Origin: Neoechinorhynchus agilis
Taxonomy: Eukaryota > Animalia > Acanthocephala
NCBI GenBank assembly: GCA_051530055.1
Contig: CM121343.1
Coordinates: 7,566,044 to 7,630,043 of the forward strand
DNA: 64,000 nucleotides
Direction of reading: 5' to 3'
The notes under the pieces were generated by a model. The model worked only from the letters and a program-made list of their open reading frames with translations. It was not told the DNA's origin and did not search any database. Of the stretch, positions 36,642-46,893 are shown in pieces (position 1 is the stretch's first letter; every line of letters begins with the position of its first letter). The translations under genes and the position numbers were made by a program.

Positions 36642-37850
36642 TTACAGCGGATCAAGTACCTGCATCTTGGCGGTTCCCCTGTGGGCACGGTTGTTGTGGA
36701 GAATCGCAAGCTTGTAGAAGGTGGTAGTATAATTGCATGATGTGCACCGGACAGCTCCGCCTTGCAAATGCAATCCCAGATGATCCACTTGATTCTCGAG
36801 TGCACAATCTATGCGCACTTTGCAAAAAGAGCAAATAATATTGTCTTTTTGAAGCTTCACGGTATTGGATTTCTTAAGATGCGATTTCGAGAGCGTCTTC
36901 TTTTTGTTTGAATGAATGAAGACATCGACTTGTCGACTGATTTCCATTATTCCCTCATACCTCTCAGGGTAGTAGGCAGTGTAGATCCGGAAATAATCGA
37001 GGAACATTTGTTCAATTTGTTTTCCTTTTGAGTGTGCATTCACCTTTTGTCTCATTTCCAAAAGGCGGCCAGCGATGTGCTGCAAGAGTTGGTCGAAAGA
37101 GAGGTTTTCATAGAGAATAAATCCACACAGTGATTCAGTGTTCAAAATGGTCCCGAAAGTGCTCTCGTATAATTTTAACGTGTTCATGGCTGTATTGTTT
37201 CCCAAATCATGATAAGACTCGTTCAATACGCCCACCGACTGATGAATCTGTGCGATGTGTTGGCGCATTGACTCCTGACTTTCTCCGCGATAGAAGCATT
37301 TAGCGCATTTGAACTGCTTCAATGGATTGATCAAGGGCATTGAGGATGGAAGATTTGGTTCGCCAATATAAAAGCGTGGAACATCGATCGGCACTTTAGA
37401 CTGGGCCACCAAATGGTTCAATTGGAACATGTCCTTATGACCTGACTCGTTTTCCATCTTTATAAACTTTTGCGGGTGCGATAGCTCGGCGGATCTATCT
37501 AGCGCGCCCGCACAAAACGGTTGACGTTTTCGTCGGTGGCTTGAGTGACGATGTCTCTCCAGGATGTACATATCGATTGTGGCCTTCGCTTCCTCCTCCG
37601 GTAAGACCTCTACAACCGCTTCGTGTGGCTCGTATTTTTTCCTGTTCCGAATGTGCTTTTGGACGTCCGACTTATAGTTCGCTCTTTGGCCACAAAATGA
37701 ACATTTGAACGGTTTGAGGTTATGGTGTGCCGCCATGTGGATATAGAATTTGTCAGTTGAATAAGTCCCGAACTTGAAACAGATATCGCACTCCATTCGA
37801 CCCGCTCGTTGGCTCCTTGGACCCGGCAGTCGCACTTTCATGGACGACAT
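36642..37850 (-). CDS. C2H2 zinc-finger protein
   Basis: CDIC...HMAAHH, KPFKCSFC...HIRNR, QFKCAKC...HIAQIH, CSFC...HLGLH and CTSC...HNNRAH in a 402-aa ORF. The C-terminus probably continues after a donor near 36660. Confidence 0.85.
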   Translation of the reverse strand: MSSMKVRLPGPRSQRAGRMECDICFKFGTYSTDKFYIHMAAHHNLKPFKCSFCGQRANYKSDVQKHIRNRKKYEPHEAVVEVLPEEEAKATIDMYILERHRHSSHRRKRQPFCAGALDRSAELSHPQKFIKMENESGHKDMFQLNHLVAQSKVPIDVPRFYIGEPNLPSSMPLINPLKQFKCAKCFYRGESQESMRQHIAQIHQSVGVLNESYHDLGNNTAMNTLKLYESTFGTILNTESLCGFILYENLSFDQLLQHIAGRLLEMRQKVNAHSKGKQIEQMFLDYFRIYTAYYPERYEGIMEISRQVDVFIHSNKKKTLSKSHLKKSNTVKLQKDNIICSFCKVRIDCALENQVDHLGLHLQGGAVRCTSCNYTTTFYKLAILHNNRAHRGTAKMQVLDPL

Positions 37851-39029
37851 CGCAGGCGTTGGCAGAACTGATTTAGCGCCCGTTGTGTCCCTACGATAGC
37901 AACCCTGTTCAAGTTTAAACCTTTCTTAAGGTGTACTCACATTATTCGACTCGTGATAGATACAACTCTAGGTTGGTCCTTATGCTTTCTGCTTTGATGC
38001 TTGCATACATCGGCCCGATATTTGGATTTGTACGGACAATAATGGCACTCATACAGTCGACATTGAATCTTTTGTCCACTTGAGAGTGCGGACTCCGGTT
38101 TAATGGAGGTTTCCCTGGTTAAACGATTATCCGAGTACTCATTAGAAGATATGGCTAAAAGATCGAGTCAAATGTCACGCGAACTAGACACTTACCCAAG
38201 TACGCATTCAACTCAGCGTGGATTTGCTTGGGAGTAATCGCCGATAGTTCCATCTTTTTATAAGTATTCACCGCTACCAACAACAACAGCTACAAATCAG
38301 AAACAAAAATTATATTCACAGCAGCAGCCGTCGTCGTCGGCCCAAGGTCCGTTATGATCGCAAACCTGATGTAATGCCGCCTGTGGCCCCCCCATTGATT
38401 ATTCATTCGGTGCCGCAGCCTTTGTACCTGCGTGTTCATCGAGTATTCATTGTTTTTGATCATTACATCAACTAAGGCCGATCGATGCGCTCTACTTGTG
38501 CTGGACGCAACGGCAAACACGGACCCGCTAAGACGAATCTTTGTGAAATCCTAGAAGTATTTAAAGCACAATGCCCTTGAATAAGACAAATTGGCAATTA
38601 CTTTGACCAGGACCCTTCTTGTAACATGGATATATCAAATTATGAACTAATGAAGCGCTTCTATTCTTTGAAAAGCATCCTTAATTACATTCGTAATTTT
38701 TTTTGAAGAATCCGATTTCAGCCTTTGGTCAGTTTACCTAAAAATACCTACAAACGAAAGCAAAAATCCCTTCGGTCAATTTGATCGTCCAAAGACGTCA
38801 AGTCCTGTAACTCGACAAAGAATGCTTAAAATACAAGTTGGTGGATTTTCGACTAATCTCACAACCGCGTGTTATTCCTTTCGATTGTCCTTAATCAATT
38901 TAAGCAGTTAAAAACAAATTAAGAAGTAATACGTCGAGGCAAATGCCACATTTGAGTGATATGCCGTTTTTGGACCGCAATCGTTTCTATGTTCCTGGTT
39001 GTGAAATTGGAATAAAATTTTAAACAATT

Positions 39030-39146
39030 AGACGGCAATCATTTCTATTTTCCAAGCTGTAGAGTCTGAATAGAATTTACAAAAATTTAGACGGCAATCA
39101 TTTCTATTTTCGAAGTTGTAGAGTCTGAATAGAATTTAAAAAATTG
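39030..39146. repeat. 59-bp tandem duplication (2 copies)
   Basis: AGACGGCAATCATTTCTATTTTC at 39030 and 39089. Confidence 0.85.
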
Positions 39147-39267
39147 AACAGCATGTTCCGGGGTATAATAATAACAAATTTGTAACATGCACTCGTGTAC
39201 GTCGAGTAAAATTAATTTATTTGGAAGACAAGATATTGTTGGAGATTAATGAATAATCCTGACGGCT

Positions 39268-39729
39268 CACAACAAACTAAAAGGCCAGATGGACGAGATG
39301 TCTCAAGCTAGACTTGTGGCCAGTTCCTCGAAGGAGTCAGGCGCATGGTTGAACGTTTTGCCAATTGGTACTTTGGGAACTTTGCTGGACGACGAGACAG
39401 TTCGAATAGCCGTCGCTCTACGTTTAGGACTTCCAACCTGTGCCCCACGCCAGTGCCGATGTGGAATAAAAGTTGACGTGCTCGGGAGACATGGACTCTA
39501 CTGCAAGAGATCGAGCGGTCGTTTCCCAAGGCACGCAGAGCTCAACGCGATCATTAGCAGAGCTCTGAACTCGATCCACGTTCCAACCATCCTGGAGCCC
39601 AATCACCTCTGTCGCTCGGATGGTAAGCGTCCCGACGGTATAACCGTTTTCCCTTGGAAAGAAGGGAAGAGTCTAGTTTGGGACGCAAAATGCGTGGACT
39701 CACTGAATAAAACACTTAAACAGCATTGA
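39268..39729 (+). mobile_element. 3' fragment of an RLE-type non-LTR retrotransposon (CRE-like)
   Basis: SGAWLNVLP, CRCGIKVDVLGRHGLYC zinc finger, RHAELN, and the restriction-like endonuclease signature GKRPDGITVFPWKEGKSLVWD. Confidence 0.85.
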
Positions 39730-40579
39730 TGAACGTGTACAAAATTACGGTTCCGAAATATTGGATTTAATAAATTCTCTCAATTTTTGCGCCATAAACA
39801 AGCAAATATCAAAATTCTCATTTGTGCAAAATTGACGTAGACTTTTGAGTAATTTAAGCATTATTGTTGAAAATAATCGCTCATTTTTTTCTGTATCATT
39901 GCAAAGCTTCATTTGTTCGCTGCCAGTATTCTATTTGTTATTCATATAGCGGTTTCTAATGCAGAAAACTCTTCAGAATTTGATGGCACCTTCCACTTTC
40001 GTTGTTGTCTTTGTTTTCACGCCCAGTTTTTTTAAGAATCACGATTCCCTTTTCGATAATGTCCTCAAAATTGTAGCTTCTCTCCTTCCTCGGCTGATGT
40101 ACTGCTAGCGAGATATTTTATGGCAGGAAAACACCTGCTCGTGCGAGTTGAAAATATTCGGATCAGTAATTGAGTTCTTCCGTGTCGACGTTTCCCAATT
40201 GGCGCGTTCAAAAAAGGACGTGTAAATTAATAATTTTGCGAGATGATAAAATTCGGTGCCTGATCGGGACGCATGGAAGATAAAAATGGTTTCGCGGAAC
40301 GTATCGATATTATTGGCGAAAGTGCATTTGTGTGATCAAAGTGCGCATTAGTCACATTTTGGTTAAGAAAGTAAATCGTGTTTCTTTTTGTGTTATTGTG
40401 AGCCACAGCGGCGGCGTTTCGGTGGGTATTATCCCTGTTACGTCACGGCTTCGTCATAAGATGCGTGCGCGCCTTTTCTCAGGTGTGCGCTCGCACTGAG
40501 TTACGTGTGTGTGTGTGTAGAACGCATCTCTACCAACCAGAGAGTTGTGCACTCACGAGTAAAAATGTTCTTTTTGTAG

Positions 40580-41950
40580 ATGAACCTCAACTTTAACCAA
40601 TACTTGCCATCAATGTCATCGTTGCCTTACGGAGTGCGTGAAGTGGTCGATAAAGTCACCAACGTCGTCATGAACTACACGGACGTTGAGGTCAAAGTGT
40701 TGAACGCTACAAATGATGACAACTGGGGACCACACGGGAAAGCCATGCAGGAAATCGCAGATCTAACACTGTCGTCGTCGTCATTCACCGAAATCATGGG
40801 AATCGTCTGGAAGAGGCTATCAGTAAACTCCGCCACCAACCATCCTCGGAGAATATACAAAACACTAAGCCTCCTCATCTACCTCTTAAAAAATGGATCA
40901 CCAAAGGTCATCCATGAAATCAATGATCATTTAGGAGCGATCAAGTATATACGAACTTTGTATTCTATGGACTCAAACAAACACTCTCCGAATTTCGCGA
41001 ACGTGTGTCTCAAAATAGATCAGCTCCTTCAAGTGATAAGCGATGAGGATTCACTGATGATCCAAAGAAGGGAGAACACTAAGAAACAAAAAAGTACGGC
41101 TTCGTCACGAACAATACAAGCTAAGTCGCAATCATCCAATTTAAGTGAGTTTAACTTTGAAGGAAAATGGAGGAGTACGACTCCCGGAATCATGGACAAA
41201 ATCGCTGACATCACCGATAAAGTTAAAGACTTCGTTTTTGACGTTGGCGCAGTAGCCGATGACAGCACGAGTAGTAGCAGTGACGGTTCAGATCATGATG
41301 ACGATGAACGCGGAGAAGGACGAAATCGCGTCCACATAGCTCTGACCACTGATGGTACACGAGCTAAAGTAAGCGATAGCGAATCCGACGAATTCGCCGA
41401 TTTTCAACAAGCGGAAGTACCAAGCGTTTCCAAGTTATCCGCGGCCAATTCGTCCTTTCTGTTCGAACCTACGGAATCTAATAGCTTAATTAAACTCGAC
41501 GACGACGACGACGACGATGTTAAAACGATAAATCCGGTAGAGCGTGTGAACGATCAGTTGTTAGATTTGTTCGCTACTGGCGTGAAGAACGACGAACAAG
41601 CTAAAAATGAGATTTATCAATTAGGAGACTGTCTGAATTTTGACCACTTACCGCAATCGCCAACTGGACTCCAGAATACCTTTTTAAGTGGCTTAAACGA
41701 TTCCAAAATCGCAAATCAGCCTAGCAATATCAGCAGCCTCCTTTCCGATCTAATGTTTACAGTCGATCAGGATAACAACAACCCGCGTGCTGTAATTAAT
41801 TCTCAAAATATTTCAGCCGCTTCTGCTGATTCCATAATAGAACTCGAACAAAGAATCACGAACGATCTCGCCAATTTTACACTTGATATTCCAAGTGGCA
41901 CCAAACGGATTGGCGAACGTACCTATAAGCCAATGAACTCAGGGATTTGA
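40580..41950 (+). CDS. CLINT1: Clathrin interactor 1 / epsin-related ENTH protein, intronless
   Basis: VREVVDKVTNVVMNYTDVEVKVLNATNDDNWGP and RRIYKTLSLLIYLLKNGS; EFADFQ and LLDLF clathrin/AP-type motifs. Confidence 0.92.
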   Translation: MNLNFNQYLPSMSSLPYGVREVVDKVTNVVMNYTDVEVKVLNATNDDNWGPHGKAMQEIADLTLSSSSFTEIMGIVWKRLSVNSATNHPRRIYKTLSLLIYLLKNGSPKVIHEINDHLGAIKYIRTLYSMDSNKHSPNFANVCLKIDQLLQVISDEDSLMIQRRENTKKQKSTASSRTIQAKSQSSNLSEFNFEGKWRSTTPGIMDKIADITDKVKDFVFDVGAVADDSTSSSSDGSDHDDDERGEGRNRVHIALTTDGTRAKVSDSESDEFADFQQAEVPSVSKLSAANSSFLFEPTESNSLIKLDDDDDDDVKTINPVERVNDQLLDLFATGVKNDEQAKNEIYQLGDCLNFDHLPQSPTGLQNTFLSGLNDSKIANQPSNISSLLSDLMFTVDQDNNNPRAVINSQNISAASADSIIELEQRITNDLANFTLDIPSGTKRIGERTYKPMNSGI

Positions 41951-42864
41951 ACTTTTCTTATAAATATCAGGTATGAACATTTGCTCCCTCATCGATAGTT
42001 GGTGGGTGTGGTAAGCAAAGCAAGTGAAGTTGCATTCTTAAGAAACATCTAATTTCCTCTTATCGATTTTTTACGTTCATGATTGATCAAACATTCAGCG
42101 TGACACATTTGTAAAAACAAGAGTTTACTGTCGCAATGCAAATCTGATCTTTTTAAAATTTGTCGAATAAACCAGCTAAATTAACAAAAGTAGCAATTTA
42201 TTTTGCAGATTTATTTCTTAGTTATATTTTGAAAAAATCGATTCCTTTACTTGAAGGTCGAACTTAAGGGAAAACAAGTGAATTTCTTACTAGCAATCGT
42301 ATTAAAAATCCATATATATACGTGGGAAATTTCAGCAAATCGAAACGTTAGGATATGCCAAAGATGCGTGATAATCATTCCGTTAGCCGCAATCGTTGAA
42401 TATTTACAATTTGAAAGAAGCTCATCATTGAGAAAAGCTGATTCCACGGACAAATGCACAAACAAAATGCCGTCCAGCTAAAGTTTAAGAAAATACTGCT
42501 TCGCGTTTTAACGTTGTCATTTGTGTTTCAATTTGAATAAAGTGAGCGAGGAAGTAAAAAAGACCACTTGTGGATGATGTTGTGGCTCAGAAAATAGATT
42601 GATCGGCTAATAGCAGTAGAACCGACTTAGGAATTACCGGTATAGAATGAATCAGATAGAGAAACAGAAGATAGTGATTTGTGAATAAAAAGGCTGTGTA
42701 GCGCAAGGAACCTCTTTTACACAGCTAAAAAATGTTCAATAGATTTCATATCACCTGTCGGAATATGCCAAGTAATTTTTATGTAATATTTTCCTTCTGA
42801 GCCATGCACTTTAATTTATGGTTTCAATGAATCTTCTATGCTATTTTTTTCAGAATTTATCAAT

Positions 42865-42992
42865 AAGAAGCAATATATATTATTTAAAAGCAAAACAACA
42901 ATACAAAACCTCTCCGCTCCTATTCATCGGTGCTTAGGAGCGGAGAGGTTTTGTATTGTTGTTTTGCTTTTAAATAATATATATTGCTTCTT
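42865..42992. repeat. Perfect inverted repeat of about 58 bp with a 12-nt loop
   Basis: AAGAAGCAATATATATTATTTAAAAGCAAAACAACAATACAAAACCTCTCCGCTCCTA, loop TTCATCGGTGCT, then the exact reverse complement. Confidence 0.92.
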
Positions 42993-44429
42993 TCAAATTT
43001 TTTTATTATCAATAATAGAAACTGTAACAAATTATGCGCTTGTTCGCTATAAACCCAATGGATTGAAAACACCTTGGATATTCTCAGAAAATATCCACCG
43101 GCAATGTACAATTACTAAGCAGTCTATGAGAAATGAAGCCAGTGAACAATTCTTTAATGCTACCAATTCTTGTTAGTATTTGACCATAGCTACGGATCAT
43201 TTTGGTGAAAGGTAAGAAGGAGCATACGCTGATCTTAAGAACAGAGTTGAGATTGTCTTTAGTGATGGTGAAAATGGACTTTTAAGGAGTCCGCCGAGGC
43301 ATTACGGCAAATTTTGTTTTATAAATCGATTAAGGTCCGTTCGTCCATTAAGATTGCGTAAATCTCCAAACTAAAAATTTATATAGGTTTTTAAGTGCCA
43401 CCGCACGTTGCATCATTATGAAAGGAAGCGGTACAAAATAAAGTTTTCATCGAGCATCGCACTCCGGTGGCATCTGACACAATCGTTTGGTAAAAATGGG
43501 AAATTTCACCAAGTTTGTTACACTGGCTAGCAAACTGCTGGAATTTCCGTTTGTCTATAGGCAAATAATGCGTTTTACCTATATGAGATAGGATTGTGAG
43601 TATAGAGAAATTGGAGGAAGATTCATAGCCGGATTTGAGCTGAGTTTTCCTCCCAGAATAGAAAAACGGAGCTAATGGTGTAATGATGGATAGCACATCG
43701 ATTGGGTTATAATATAGTCCAAAGTAAGAAAGCGCTAGGTCAGTAGTAGTTTCTATGAATGCTGCGAACCAAAAGTAGCGAATGTTTTAAGGCGTCTCAC
43801 AGGATTTTCAATTATTACACTTTCCTGCAGTGCTCAATCTTCTACGTACAAGAATTTGCTGATTCTTTATCTTGGCTTGAATTGTTCGAATCAGTGGAAC
43901 CGGATGAACCGCGAGTCGGTGTTTCTCTTTGTATAAAGTTGGATTCGAAGCTAAGACCGGATTCCAGTACAGGGCCATACGATGCCAGAAACATTGGCTC
44001 TGTCCTGGACGTGCTGCCTAGAAGTTTTTCGGTGCTTTCGGGGCATACATATATCCAATTGTAGACGTCGATGGGTAGCTGCCGTATGGGTGTTAGTCGA
44101 TCGTTGTTTGCATGCTTTGAGTTTACTCCGGCGATAAAGCAAAGACTAAGAGGAATTTTCTCTTCCACAATCGAATAGACGACTTTATACCCATCGAATG
44201 AATAGAAACCATGAACACTTCCAAGAAAGGACGTATAGGGACTGATTGAATGCAGCTTGATTAAAGTTGGTGGAAATGGGATGCAGTTCATTAGAAGAAG
44301 TGAAGAGTTGGCATAGCAATGACAGGGGAATATGGTATAAAAAGCAGAAAGAGCTTTGTGAGTTGCTTTATTGATGAACGAATCAGTTTGAACGCCCAGT
44401 GCTGGTGGTATTCAAGCGTGATTCGTTCA

Positions 44430-46295
44430 TCAGAGTGTAACATTTGATTCTATTATAGAATGTCTTACTACATACGGTACATCATATAGAAGAATGCCAT
44501 CCAGCTGAAGGATATCTACGACTACAAGTGCGATATTGCTACTTTTAGGCAGAATTACCTCTTCAACAATCAATACGCTGCGTTGAACAAAACTCAGGTT
44601 CAATATCTTGATCCACGAATTGTTGATTTCGAAACTTCCTAATGGTTTGACGTATACGCAGTTCGCTTCGGAAGTTGTGACGAGATAAGAGTAAGAGGAG
44701 GAAAATGATGGCACACAGAAGTCCATCGAGAGCTCAGATATTGACTTCTTAAACATTTGTATTGGTAAATTTGGTATCTGCTCCAGTATACTATAAGGTG
44801 ACCTGAAGATGAGTGGACTTGTAGCTCTGGGTCTATCGGGAATTCTCCATAGTTCTAGGTAGAACTTTCGGTTCATAGAGTGTCGTACTGGAAATTCCAC
44901 CTCGGCGTGGCGTGGTTTTAGTATTATTTCGTTTACTTTTTGCAATCCACGCAGTTGTCTAGAACCGAGTCGGTGAATTGTATACTTCAGATGATTGAAA
45001 AACGCGCGTTGGCTCAGCAATAACGAGCGTGGCACCACGGCGCCGAAATCTCGATTGGGCGAAAGATTGCAATCTGACAAGATGGAAACTAGATGGTTGA
45101 TGACATGCAAAAAGCACTTGTCGATAACGCCAATTTCATGGGTGCGTTCAATACGCAACTGGAACCCCGGGGCGCCCATTGAACTCGTGTTGAGCAACAA
45201 AAGGTCCAATAATCCGCATTGGTCGAGTTTGGCTGACCTTAATAGGCATTGGCAAACTACGTATCTCTCAGCATTCGCAGGTCTGCTACATAACGGCTTG
45301 TGAATTGCCATACTTTTAAAGAACATCCTGAGGAGCATTAGAAGCCCCATTGTAAATTCAGTAGAATGGTCGAATATCTTGCACATGAGATTTCCACCCG
45401 GTCGAAGGCACAATAGGCCACAAAGGAATTGCGCCACGTATAACTTCTTGGATAACACTTCTTGGAAGTCTTCTTTTCCCTCCACGCAGAATCCTCCATC
45501 GCCCATTGCAGAATGGACGCCAGTACCTTCGGTTCCTTCCCTCACTTGCCTAACGAATTCAAATATGTTGTGGACTTTATAGATATCGCCCGTTCCGTCT
45601 GCGCCATAAATTGGTCTGAAACAGCTATTGGCTCCATAACATTCCAATAGGAGTTCCGTCTTAAAGTCGTCTTTGTCATTTTTTAAGGTAATCCCAAACC
45701 CTTTAACAGTATACGGTCGACGCCAACACATATACTCAGTGAAGCCTCCAGGGCCACCGCAAATATCGGCAAAATATAGAATACCCGGTTCCGTTGGCTC
45801 GTTTGTAAAGGGTAATGATGAAATGGGATACGTCCTTGAAAAAACCCAATTGAACGTCGCATCAATTTCCGCGAGCTTCATAGCAGCTCGATTGATGAAT
45901 ATGCCGGATCCGATCGCTTCGTACCCATTTGCCATATAACGAGCACTCATGACTTTGTGGTGTCTATTTCGACTGAACAATTGTCGTTTGTTATCACTCA
46001 ACATCCTTCTTAGACGGATGCTCATGTGACTATTTGGCAAATGGATAATATCGTCCGGAATTCGATGGTTTATGACCTTCCAACCTCGTAAATCCTGAAC
46101 ATGGTTGTAAAGGACCATGGACGTATTGGGACAAAAACTGACAGCAGGTAACGTGATCCGGGGAATGTGGTCCACGCATGGATCTTCGTTTCCATCATGA
46201 ACGTTATTGAACGTCGTTGATTCATCAGAAGGACCATCCATACTTGAGTCTAAAAACAAAAACTTCTTAGATCCCGACCAACAAAAACCACTCAT
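44430..46295 (-). CDS. CMTR1: Cap-specific mRNA 2'-O-methyltransferase 1 (RrmJ-type domain)
   Basis: ANGYEAIGSGIFINRAAMKLAEID, LYFADICGGPGGFTEY, MGDGGFCVEGKEDFQEVLSKKLY, GGNLMCKIFD and KPLCSRPANAERYVVC. The gene may continue into the 43842-44291 frame. Confidence 0.92.
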   Translation of the reverse strand: MSGFCWSGSKKFLFLDSSMDGPSDESTTFNNVHDGNEDPCVDHIPRITLPAVSFCPNTSMVLYNHVQDLRGWKVINHRIPDDIIHLPNSHMSIRLRRMLSDNKRQLFSRNRHHKVMSARYMANGYEAIGSGIFINRAAMKLAEIDATFNWVFSRTYPISSLPFTNEPTEPGILYFADICGGPGGFTEYMCWRRPYTVKGFGITLKNDKDDFKTELLLECYGANSCFRPIYGADGTGDIYKVHNIFEFVRQVREGTEGTGVHSAMGDGGFCVEGKEDFQEVLSKKLYVAQFLCGLLCLRPGGNLMCKIFDHSTEFTMGLLMLLRMFFKSMAIHKPLCSRPANAERYVVCQCLLRSAKLDQCGLLDLLLLNTSSMGAPGFQLRIERTHEIGVIDKCFLHVINHLVSILSDCNLSPNRDFGAVVPRSLLLSQRAFFNHLKYTIHRLGSRQLRGLQKVNEIILKPRHAEVEFPVRHSMNRKFYLELWRIPDRPRATSPLIFRSPYSILEQIPNLPIQMFKKSISELSMDFCVPSFSSSYSYLVTTSEANCVYVKPLGSFEINNSWIKILNLSFVQRSVLIVEEVILPKSSNIALVVVDILQLDGILLYDVPYVVRHSIIESNVTL

Positions 46296-46893
46296 GCCTC
46301 CTCCTCCTCCTCCGCAATAACCCCTTACACCGAATAAAACACGGCCGGCGTTGATGACAGAACGCAACCGCTTCCACGTGACCGACGCCGCGTAAAACTC
46401 GCACGGTTCTCGAACGCACGTTCACGAAAAAAGAGAAACCGACAAACTATTTAATACCGAATTTAGGCTCTCTCAAAATTCGTCCGGAAAATAAGACTTA
46501 TACACAACCGAAAAGGACGCCAATCTACAGGAATTACTAATTTTAAAATTAACATTCAGCCATCTCAAAAAAAACCCGTTAAATACAAAAATTCCAACAT
46601 CCATCTTACAAAACATACGCCAATCGGAACCAATGCCACCGTTCACTGGCAATATCATTTTTTATCAATCCTCATTTAATTTTTGTGTGTTCTTCTGGAT
46701 TTTGAAAATAAGGTCAAAAAAGATCTAAACATTAATTTTTTTGCATTTCACACGGCTTTTGGGAATGGTCTTTGTCGTCTGAGCTGTGCTCTCTAACCTT
46801 TTTATATGAGAATCGCTACTTGGTGTTGCCTTTCGCCGTCAATTGGGTTAAAGCGAAACGGGAAATTAATAGGCGAATCATCAAACCATTATA

